Below the pieces are notes generated by a model, which was not told the DNA's origin, did not search any database, and saw only the letters and a program-made list of their open reading frames with translations. Below are positions 36,684 to 46,879 of a DNA stretch of 49,914 nt, piece by piece. A program made the position numbers and the translations under genes. Position 1 is the first letter of the stretch. Each line of letters begins with the position of its first letter. Origin of the DNA: Chiloscyllium plagiosum (lineage: Eukaryota); the NCBI RefSeq assembly GCF_004010195.1, contig NW_025214993.1:1-49914 (forward strand), in the 5' to 3' direction.

Positions 36684-36900
36684 CAGGCACACCAATAATA
36701 GCGAGGATGGGATAGTACCCAGCTTGAATAATGAACAGTACGGCTCGTATCCGCAACTGTAACTTTGTCCAATCCCGAGAAAGATAGTAAAGACCCGAGG
36801 ATAAACTCCTGTCCATTGTTGTAACGTTCAAGTCTAATGTTCTCAGATTCTTATCCATTGTTGGAACATTCCAGTCTAATGTTCTCAAATTAAAATCCAT
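36684..36900 (-). CDS. First coding exon of a GPR139/GPR142-like orphan class-A GPCR (N-terminus plus first half of TM1); downstream exon not visible
   Basis: MDFNLRTLDWNVPTMDKNLRTLDLNVTTMDRS...RIRAVLFIIQAGYYPILAIIGVP, followed by a canonical phase-1 donor CCT G|GTAAGT. YYPILAxIGVP with an intron at this position is characteristic of shark GPR139-like receptors. Confidence 0.85.
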
Positions 36901-36934
36901 TGTTGGACCATTTTATTGTTCTCAGATTCTGATC
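36817..36934 (-). repeat. 42-bp tandem repeat: two coding units plus a degenerate upstream unit
   Basis: ATGGATTTTAATTTGAGAACATTAGACTGGAATGTTCCAACA / ATGGATAAGAATCTGAGAACATTAGACTTGAACGTTACAACA; upstream GATCAGAATCTGAGAACAATAAAATGGTCCAACA. Confidence 0.9.
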
Positions 36935-39280
36935 TCTCTCTCTTTCTCTGCAGCTGCTGATCCCAATCATCTTGAGGTCGACTCTGCCACGAATATTATG
37001 TCATAACAAGGTGATGTAAGTCCCTAATTATTGAAGAGGGAAATCTTCCAGTGACCCAGTTAGGTCCAGGAAGACCGATATTAATCACAGTCACTGAACA
37101 AACAGCTCCAGTTAACCCATTTCCCGGCACATCTGATACATCACAATAATAATTAGTGTGGGTGGGATTTTGATATCGCTGATTATTGGGCTTATGGCAC
37201 AGCTCCAGTTGTAAACATCGAGGTGAGGGAGAGACATAATTCTTTCTCTTCACAAGCTCGATGACTCTGCTGTGTTTTGGCAGTATAGGAATTGCTGGGC
37301 TCCCGAGCCCGTCTGTGTCTGTTCACCAGGCCCGCTGCATCTTTTTGCTTTATGTATTTAGGTTTAATTTTGACTTTTGTCTGTTCAGCATTAAACGGCT
37401 TAGCTAGGTTTAGGCATTTTTGAGAGATACCTACAGAGGCATAGCTACAGTCCATTCCGTGTTTTCTTGCAGCCGCGGCCTGGTCCTGTGGAGTCATGGT
37501 CAAACTCTCACAGAACCAGGATTCTTAGTTTTACCTTTAGCCAGTTATTGCTGGGGTCTCAGCAGGGTTGGAAGGCAGTAAATCTCTCCCGGGTGTTACA
37601 CATTGTCTCTGTGATTTCTCTCGGAACTGCATTTTGATGTTCTTTTCTCCTGGATTGGAGAACTCCATGTGAGACAATCTGTTTCCTGCATTTGTTTTTT
37701 TGACATTTGTATGCTTATCGTATGATACCATATTGGAGCAGTTACTGTACAGTAGTTAAATAAACTATTATTCTGCTAAGTTTTCCAACAGAATTAAGAT
37801 ATTTCAAGTTCCTCTTCCTTTTGTTGTCTTCTATCGACAGTCTTCGAATAAATTGTGTTTTGCTTAATGTCGAATATTTTAACCAAGTAAATTCTATCTC
37901 AAACACATCAGCTCACATTTACCAGCAGAATGGGCCGACCTGGAGTAGTGATAATCATGTCAGGAATTATATCGGATACTCAATCCACCTCTTAGATCCA
38001 GCCCGGACATGTATAAGCCCAGATGAGATACCTGCTCACCCTGCACTGATCTATAAATTTGGATTAGATGACCTGTTTAGCACAGGGCGCTGTGCAGAAC
38101 ACACAAAGGATTTGTTCTATACACACGGACTGGATATCTGTGTAGTATGGAGAGCTGTGCAGTGAATTTATCCATTAACCTGGAGCAGTTACCTTCCCAG
38201 CATACACAGCTGTGTACACCAATCACTGAATTGCTGAGTAACACTGTGTTCGATCACTGCCCAGCGTGGGGAAACTTGCAGCTCGTGCTGGAAGTGACAG
38301 GATGTGCAGCTCCCTCCATTTACAGCTCCATATCTTCATTGTGGCATGACACGGGAGTGCTGTGGGTGTGAAACTCACTGCCAGCGAGAGATGGCGGGGG
38401 AATCAGTTTAAATACCAACAAATGGGAGGAGCTTAGTTAAAAGAGAGGGGGAGATTGAGAGAGAAATTCAGAGAAGGATTTGATGGTAGATTTAAAAATT
38501 GTGAAATGAAAACATTTCGATCGCATCTTGCAATATAGGCCACAGTTTCCAGGAATGATGGGTGAGCAGGATATTGGTGGAAGTTAAGATGATGGAGAGT
38601 TTTGGATAAGCATTTCTCCTGCAGCGTTGTAACTGGCAGTCGGATCAGCAGAGTCTTCGATTCATTGGGCTGAATCGAGCAATAATTTGTCTCAGTGCCA
38701 ATTTCCTTGAGTGTGACAGAGGGGTTGTCTGCACGAGGCAGAGCTAGTTCGTAGTTTTATCATATCGAACTCACCTCATTAACTATCCACCCCATCCCAT
38801 GGTGTCCCTCTCAGTCAATACCAGCCTGATTCTCCCACGCATCATGGCTGGAGCTACACACCATCTCCCGGATGCCACTGGATATTCAGTTATCCCTCGT
38901 ACTGCTGACATCATTCTAAAGGCCAATGGGCACACGGTTGAGCTTTCTCAGTTTGGAGCTGCCCTGCATAGTTTAACGAGCATGGCAGAGAAGGGGAAAT
39001 TACACCACAGCTTGTCGACAGGGGCACGGAGGTTCTGGTGAATAGTCTAGTACAGAGGGGGACCATTCTCTTCCCAGAGAGAGCCGCACCACCAGACCCA
39101 CCCAGCTCAGTGCAGTATCGGCGGTCCACGAAAAGTCCAGCAATACTGGAAAAGCACCTTCCCCGCTCTGTCAGGATAAGAGTCACCGTATTCTCTCGAC
39201 TATCTCACACTCACTGTATATTTTGTTAGCGCCTTCCCCAGAATAAGGCTCCATGACTCTCACCACTTCAATGCAGCACC

Positions 39281-39313
<33 letters not shown>

Positions 39314-39314
39314 A
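39281..39314. repeat. (TC)n microsatellite
   Basis: Direct observation; another TC tract at 35254-35300. Confidence 0.9.
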
Positions 39315-39589
39315 CCTACGCAATACCCCCACATGGTTATAAAATGTTCTTATGAGTACAGTTTCTAGAAGTCTCTGGATGATGTCATTTGTACAATGTT
39401 CCAGATAAGTTTCAAAATAATTCACTTTCGCAAAATGTTCATCCCCCAGTATGTAACGAATCAGAGGAAGGAGCAGAGTTTTACCTGTTCTTTTCAATCG
39501 CTCAGGATGAAATTGCATCATGAGGCCGTTAATCCTCTCAAATATGCTCCACTATTCAATCAAAGGGAGAACCTAAACACTTGAAGACT

Positions 39590-40080
39590 CGCTCTCTTCT
39601 TGAAGACAGGCGCTACTTTGGATTTTCGCCAGTTTCACTGGAACACTCCTGTAATCCCGAGATTTATGGAATATTTCACACAGCGCCACCAGTCACTCTG
39701 CAACCACTTCTATTAAAACCAGCTATGAATTGCTGATGAGCTGTAAAGCCTTGGTCTTTTCTGTTTGAGAATAGTCTTGTTTGTTTTGTTAGAGACAGTG
39801 CAAAACTTGCATCTGACTACAATTTTGTTTATATTATTGAAACTCTTTGTGCCTTTCTTGTGAGGAATGATGTAAAATACTGTTTTAAATGCTCTGCCTG
39901 TTCCCTGAAACCAGTTCCATAGTCGCATCCTCCACATATTCTTTCCTGCCTTTCTTCCAAGAGTCACACATGCATCATGAACGTTTTTTATTCGATATGG
40001 GAAAACTCTTATAGTTAGTTTTTTTTATATTTCCTGCCAGTTTTGGAATATTTTTCTTTGTATTTTGTTTTATAAAATCT
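39590..40080 (-). mobile_element. Decayed CR1 ORF2 fragment (start of duplication copy B)
   Basis: GAAGTGGTTGCAGAG...GTTCCAGTGAAACTGGCGAAAATCC...GCGCCTGTCTTCAAGAAG resembles EVAxE...VPxDW..ANVxPxFKK; paralog at 46880-47230. Confidence 0.6.
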
Positions 40081-40469
40081 GCTTCTGGTTCCAAAAGTAA
40101 ACTTCCCAAATGTGGCCGACGCTAGAACTCACCAATTTGAATCTTTAGTTTATGATTGATTAGTATCCTTCACAGCCTTTGTGCATCATGGGTGGTTCAT
40201 CTTCACATCTTCAGATCAGCTTCTTTTTAACCAGAGTCAATAATAGCTGAGCATTATTAGCAGTACATGCTTAAATGCCACCCCCCCACACACACACATC
40301 TGCTGACCTTCTCCTGTGTCTGTTTTCACACTCCGTATTTGACCCGATATATGACATAAATCTGCATTTGAAATGCCTGCCTCTTTTCAGTCATTCGAGG
40401 GAACCTATGTATGTGGCTGAACACATGGAGAGTGACTCAATTCTCTCAGTTTTTCTGGCTCTGTGATTT

Positions 40470-41083
40470 CTGTTCGATGATGCCGCATTCCAGTGGGAAG
40501 CTTCTTACATGACGTCCTTTTCTCACAAAGGAGAAATCCCCTCACTCTGATGTACTGAGCCTTCAGCTGTGACTATCCCATCTCCCTCACTTCTGCCCTC
40601 ACTCCGTCCCCTCCTTCCCAGAACAATGATAGACCTCCCCTTGTCCTCACTTCCTACCGCACTAGAATCCACATTCACAGAATCATCCTCCGCCACTTCC
40701 ACCTCCTCCAGCAGGACAGTACCATCAAAAATATTTTCCTCTCCCGTCCACTTTCAGTATTTCACAGGGACTATTCCTTCTGTGGCACGCTCCATCACCC
40801 CGAATATTTCCCCACAACCCCACGGCACCTTTCCATGTAAATGCAGAAGCTGCAACATTTTCCCATTCACCTCTTCCCTCCTCACTGTCCTAGATTCTAA
40901 ACACACTTTTCAGGTGAAGCAGCATTTCAGTCGTACTCTTTCAATCCAGTCTCCTGTCATTGCTGCTCACAATGCAGTCTCCTTTACATTAGTGAGCCAA
41001 ACAGAATCTGCTTTGAGGAACATCTCCACTTTGTCTGTAGAAATGACCCTTTCCATCTGATTGCTCCCCATTTCAATAACCTA
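40470..41083 (+). mobile_element. Penelope-like element GIY-YIG endonuclease region; resumes at 45050-45503
   Basis: PHGTFPCKCRSCNIFPFTSSLLTVLDSKHTFQVKQHF, then CHCCSQCSLLYISE in the next frame. Confidence 0.85.
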
Positions 41084-44000
41084 CATTGCTGTCAGGATAA
41101 TGAGAAATGTTTGAGGAGGTAACGACGCGTTGAACCAGAGAGAGTGACCTATCTGAACTTCCAGAAGGCCTCTGATATGGTATCGCACAGGAGGCTGCAG
41201 AGTAAGATAAGGGCCTATGGTGTCAGAGGCCAAGTGCTGGCATGGATAAAGGTTTGGCTGTCTGGCAGGAGGCATAGTGAGGATAAAACTGTCCCTCTCA
41301 GGATAGCAGCCGGTGATTAGCAGTGTTCCATAAAAGTCAGTGTTGGGACCACAACATTTCACTTTATAGGTTAATGATCTGAGTGGTGGGACAGAAGGCG
41401 TTATGACTACATTTGCAGACGATGCAAAGATAGTTGGAGGGGCATGTAGTATTAAGGAGTCAGGGAGCCTGCAGAAAGTTTTTGACAGTTTAAGAGAGTG
41501 AGAAAAGGAGTAGCACATGGAATACAATGTGGGAGAGTGTGAGGTCATGCACTTTGGTATGAAGAATACAGGCATGGACTATTTACTAAATGGGGAAGAA
41601 ATTCAGAAATCTGAGTAACAAAGTGACTTGGGATTCCAAGCGCCGGATTCACCTTAGATAAAAATGCAGGTTGAGTCAGTCGTTAAGAAGGCAGATACAA
41701 TGTTGTCATTCATCTCGAGAGGAGTAGAGTATAATGGTGGGGATTCTGAGGCTTTCTTCGGCTCTGGTCAGACCACATTTCCAGTATTTTGTGCCTCATA
41801 CCTCAGGAAGTATGCATTAGCCTTGTTTTGTGTCAAGAGAAGGTTCAGCAGAAATGAAAAACTTAACACATGAGGAATGTTTGAGGACCCTGGGTTTATA
41901 CTCGTTGGAGATTAGAAGGATGAGGGGGGATCCAATTGAAACATACAGAATACTGAATGACCTGGATACAGACAAAACTGGGAGGACGTTTGCACTGGTA
42001 GGACACAGGCTGAGAGCAAAGGGAAAGACCATGAGAACGGAGATAAGATGAAACGTCTTTAGCCAGAAATTGTGGAATTCCTTATCACAGAAGGCTGTGG
42101 AAACCAAATCATTTGGCACCAACGATATCGCCAGGAAAGGAACTGAGGATCTGAAAATTGACTACAGAGAGTTAGTTTGGAAGCTGAAGAGTAGGACGAG
42201 TAGAGTAGTGATCTCAGGTTTGCTACCAGTGGCATGAGCTAGTTAGATGAGGAACAGTCAGCGAATGCAGCTTTAGACGTGGCTGCGCGGCTGGTGCAGG
42301 AGGGAGGACTTCAGATACTAGACTATGGGGATACCTTCTGGGTAAGGTGGGACCTGTACACGAAGGACGGGTTGCAGCTGAACTGGAGGGGCACAAATGT
42401 CCTGTTTGGAAGGTTTGCTCGTGTGATTCTGGCGGGTATAAACTAGTTTGGCAGGGGGGTAGGAATCAGACCACATGTCTGATAGGGGGTTAGTTGCAGA
42501 CGGGACAGTGACAGGGTATATTGAACCTATCAGGAAGGTTTCTCACGCGATAAAACACAGGGATCGGTTAAAGTGCGTCTGATTTAATGCAAGGAATGTC
42601 CGAAATAAGAGTGACGATCCTAGAGCATGGATCAGTACTTGGGGTAACGATGTCGTGGCCATAACGGAGACGTAGGTTTCACAGGGGCAGGGATGGCTGC
42701 TTGATGTTCCAGGGTTTAGAACGTTTAAAAATGCTTTGGGGTAGCACGGTGGCACAACGGCTAGCACAGCTGCCTCACAGCGCCAGAGACCTGGATTCAA
42801 TTCCCACGTCAGGGAACTGTCAGTGTGGATTTTGCAAACTTTCCGTGTGGATTTCCTCCGGGTGCTCCGGTTTCCTCCCATAATCTAAAGATGTGCAGAT
42901 TAGGTGAATTGGTCATGCTAAATTGCCCGTAGTGTTAGATGAAGGGGTAAATGTAGGGGAATGGTTTTGGGTGGCTTGCTCTATGGAGTGTTGGTGTAGA
43001 CTGGTTGGGCCAAAGGGCCTGTTTCCACACTGTAAGTAATCTAATCTAATCTAAAAAAGAATAGGGTGGGTGGAAAATGTGAAGGGGGTGTAGCATTGCT
43101 AATCAAAGAGTGTGTCACAGCTACAGCAATGAAGATTGTTGAGGAAGGTTAGTCTACTGAGTCAGTATGGATGGAAGTTAGGAACAGCAAGGGAACAGTC
43201 ACCGCATTTGGGGATTTTCTACAGACCACCGAATAACAGTAGAGAGACTGAAGATCCCATAGGCGGGCAGATTCTGGAGAAATGTAAAAGTAGCAGGATT
43301 ATAGTTATGGGTGATTAAAGGCAGTCAGCATGGCTTCATGAGGGTAGGTAATGCCTCACAAATCTTATTGATTTCTTTGAGGTCGTGTAAAGACAGATCG
43401 ACGACGGTCGAGCAGTGGATGTGGTGCATGCCAACTTCAGCAAGGTATTTGATAGGGTTCCCCGTGGAAGGCTCATTCATAAAGTCAGGAAGTATTGGAT
43501 ACAGGGAGATTTGGTTATCAGGATTCAGAATTGGCTGGTTTGCAGAAGGCAGACAGTGGTTGTAGATGGAAAGTATTCTGCTTGGAGGACAGTATTGAGA
43601 GGGATCTCACAGGGCTGTGTTCTTGGTCCTCTGCTCTTCGGAGTTTTTATAAATGACTTGGATGAGGAGGCTATGGTGTGGGTTAGTAACTTTGCTGATG
43701 ACACAAAGGTTGGAGGTGACGTCGATAGTATAGAGGGCTACTGTAGGCTGCAGCGCGACATAGACAGGTTACAGAGCTGGGCTGAGAAATGGCAGATGGA
43801 GTTTATCCTGGATAAATGCAAAGGATGCATTTTGGAAGGTCAAATTCGAATCCTGAATATAGCATTAAAGACAGGATTCTTCGCAGTGTGGAGTAACCGA
43901 GGGAGCTGGGTGCACATATGCATAGATCCCTCAAAGTTGCCACCCAAGTGGATAGGGTGACAAGAAAGCATATGGTGTTTTGGCTTTCATTAATAGGGGG

Positions 44001-44750
44001 ATAGAGTTTAAGAGCCGTGAGGTTTTGCTGCAGCTCTACAAGCCCTGGTGAGACCACACTTGGTCCAGTTGTGGAAGCCCTACTATTGGAACGCTCAGAG
44101 GCTTTGGAGAGGGTGCAAATAATGTTTACCAGGATGCTGCCTGGATTGCTTTATGAAGAAAGGTTGAACGAGCTTGGATCTTTCTCTCTGGAGACAAGGA
44201 GGAGAGAGGAGAGCTGATCGAGGTGTACAAAATAATGAGAGGAATAGATAGTGTCAATACCCAGAGACTTTACCCCAGGGCAGTATTGACTACTACGAGA
44301 AGTCATAGTTTGAAGATATTAGGAGGAAGGTTAAACGGAGACGTCAGAGATAGGTTCTTTATGCAGAGATTCCTGAATGCATGGAATGCATTGCCAGCTC
44401 TGATGGTGGAAGCAAAGTCATTGGGGACATTTAAGCGACTGTTGATCATGCACATGAATAGCAGTGAGTTGAGGGATGCGTAGATTAAAGTACTACATTT
44501 TACATTAGGATTAACTCTCGGGACAACATCGTGGCCCAAAGGGCCTGTTCTGTACTGTACTGTTCTATGTTCTATGTTCTATTTAGTATATTTAAAACAG
44601 ACTCAGATAAGTTTTGATTGACAATGGGATCAAAGATTATTGAGAGGAAGCAGGAAAATGGGGTTGATAATCTGTCAGTTGTGATCGAATGGCGGAGCAG
44701 ACTTGATGGTCCGAATGGCTTCATTTTTGTTCGTATAGAAATATGACCTT
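41084..44750 (+). mobile_element. Outer CR1 RT and 3' end (41084-42117 plus 44581-44750) with an inner CR1 (42118-44580: ORF1 end, EN, deletion, RT, (TGTTCTA)n tail)
   Basis: YLNFQKA...FADDAKIVG (outer); KDGLQLNWRG, FNARNVRNK, GIFYRPPNN, NFSKVFDRVP, QGCVLGPLLF, FADDTKVGG (inner). Confidence 0.88.
42738..43053 (+). mobile_element. HE1-like SINE inserted in the inner CR1 endonuclease
   Basis: GCACGGTGGCACAACGGCTAGCACAGCTGCCTCACAGCGCC...GATTCAATTCC; (CTAAT)n tail. Confidence 0.9.
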
Positions 44751-44767
44751 ATAATATTTCGGTCCTG

Positions 44768-45045
44768 GATGGCACGGTGGTTTCAGTGGTTTGCACTGCT
44801 GCCTCACAGCATCAGGGAACTGGGTTCGATTTCCTCTGGGTGTTCTAGTTTCCTGTCACAGTTCAAAGTTGTGCAAGTTAGGTGAACTGGTCATGCTGAA
44901 TTGCTGATGTTGATGTTAGGTGCAATAGTCAAGGGTCTATGTATAGTATTAGGGTAGATAATGGGATAGGTTCGCATACTCTTTGGAGGGTCAGTATAAA
45001 CCTGTTGGGCTGAAAGGCCTGTTTTCACACTGTAAGGATTCTAAG
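44768..45045 (+). mobile_element. HE1-like SINE
   Basis: GGCACGGTGGTTTCAGTGGTTTGCACTGCTGCCTCACAGC...GGTTCGATTTCC...CACACTGTAAGGATTCTA. Confidence 0.88.
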
Positions 45046-46879
45046 AAAATGCAGGTTGCTGCAATGTTCCAATGAAGAACAACTCAAGCTCGAGTAACAC
45101 CTCACTTTACACTTTGGTACGGTACAGTCTGTAGGAGTTAATATTCAATTCCATAAATTCACAGCCTGAACCCATTATGGCTGTCGTCCATTTTCCGTAC
45201 GCTCTCCCTCCTGGGCTCCCTAAGTTCGTGTCTTGTTTATGTTGCATTCAACAGAGAAAATCAATTTCTAACATTTACACATTAATTTACACCCATTATA
45301 TATCTGTGTCTCTTTCACCACAATTTCAAGCCCATTTGTCTTTCACACTGGACCGCCAAACACTCTTTACCACCTTTGCCAAGATACTAAAACGCTCACT
45401 TTCCAATCCTTTACACGTCTGAAGAAGATTTGCACTGGACTTGAAACATTAACATTGTTTCTCTGTCTCTGCAGATGTCGCCAGACACCTGAGTTCCTTT
45501 CAANNNNNNNNNNNNNNNNNNNNNNNNNNNNNNNNNNNNNNNNNNNNNNNNNNNNNNNNNNNNNNNNNNNNNNNNNNNNNNNNNNNNNNNNNNNNNNNNN
45601 NNNNNNNNNNNNNNNNNNNNNNNNNNNNNNNNNNNNNNNNNNNNNNNNNNNNNNNNNNNNNNNNNNNNNNNNNNNNNNNNNNNNNNNNNNNNNNNNNNNN
45701 NNNNNNNNNNNNNNNNNNNNNNNNNNNNNNNNNNNNNNNNNNNNNNNNNNNNNNNNNNNNNNNNNNNNNNNNNNNNNNNNNNNNNNNNNNNNNNNNNNNN
45801 NNNNNNNNNNNNNNNNNNNNNNNNNNNNNNNNNNNNNNNNNNNNNNNNNNNNNNNNNNNNNNNNNNNNNNNNNNNNNNNNNNNNNNNNNNNNNNNNNNNN
45901 NNNNNNNNNNNNNNNNNNNNNNNNNNNNNNNNNNNNNNNNNNNNNNNNNNNNNNNNNNNNNNNNNNNNNNNNNNNNNNNNNNNNNNNNNNNNNNNNNNNN
46001 NNNNNNNNNNNNNNNNNNNNNNNNNNNNNNNNNNNNNNNNNNNNNNNNNNNNNNNNNNNNNNNNNNNNNNNNNNNNNNNNNNNNNNNNNNNNNNNNNNNN
46101 NNNNNNNNNNNNNNNNNNNNNNNNNNNNNNNNNNNNNNNNNNNNNNNNNNNNNNNNNNNNNNNNNNNNNNNNNNNNNNNNNNNNNNNNNNNNNNNNNNNN
46201 NNNNNNNNNNNNNNNNNNNNNNNNNNNNNNNNNNNNNNNNNNNNNNNNNNNNNNNNNNNNNNNNNNNNNNNNNNNNNNNNNNNNNNNNNNNNNNNNNNNN
46301 NNNNNNNNNNNNNNNNNNNNNNNNNNNNNNNNNNNNNNNNNNNNNNNNNNNNNNNNNNNNNNNNNNNNNNNNNNNNNNNNNNNNNNNNNNNNNNNNNNNN
46401 NNNNNNNNNNNNNNNNNNNNNNNNNNNNNNNNNNNNNNNNNNNNNNNNNNNNNNNNNNNNNNNNNNNNNNNNNNNNNNNNNNNNNNNNNTTCCTACATCA
46501 GAAACTGGGATAGGGCACTGCGTACAGGGGAGAAGGGTAACCAGTCCCCGTGCGAATTGAGGACAGGCAGCAGAATTGTATTGCAGATATTGCAGCTCAA
46601 ACTGGGCATTCATGTGATGCTACAAATCATAGCAGCTGTAGTAGCAGCAGCAGCAGCAGAATTATATTCAACCACAATATAATCTCTCAGTCTACCATTA
46701 CCATAAAGCCGATCTCCGGTTCAGTGATGAGTGTGGATGAACATGTCACAGTCAGGACCGTGTGTATCTAAACCTGATGACAACCCAGTCAAGCTACCGC
46801 ACTTACTGCTTACATTAATAAACAGGAGAACTAACATCTAATAGATAGGGCGCCATGATCTCAAGACGGTGACCATTTC

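Larger units (their letters stand above)
13975..46489. other. Seven assembly gaps: 13975-14095, 15427-15942, 18349-18856, 27170-27938, 32741-32887, 35725-36247, 45504-46489
   Basis: Runs of N; ORFs spanning them are artefacts. Confidence 1.

Noticed and set aside
38770..39330. GC-richer unique sequence with several minus-strand donor-like sites and 60-90 aa ORFs
   Set aside because: No recognisable domain in any frame I translated; possible UTR or promoter sequence but unsupported.
42738..42810. tRNA-like A and B boxes
   Set aside because: These are SINE heads, not tRNA genes; the same applies to all other copies.
15397..46613. Long ORFs of 180-400 aa in the ORF track
   Set aside because: They consist mostly of X residues from N gaps.
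46800..46876. Leader-like exon MVTVLRSWRPIY*MLVLLFINVS followed by GTAAGT (minus)
   Set aside because: It has an in-frame stop, and the ATG lies at the edge of a decayed CR1 fragment.
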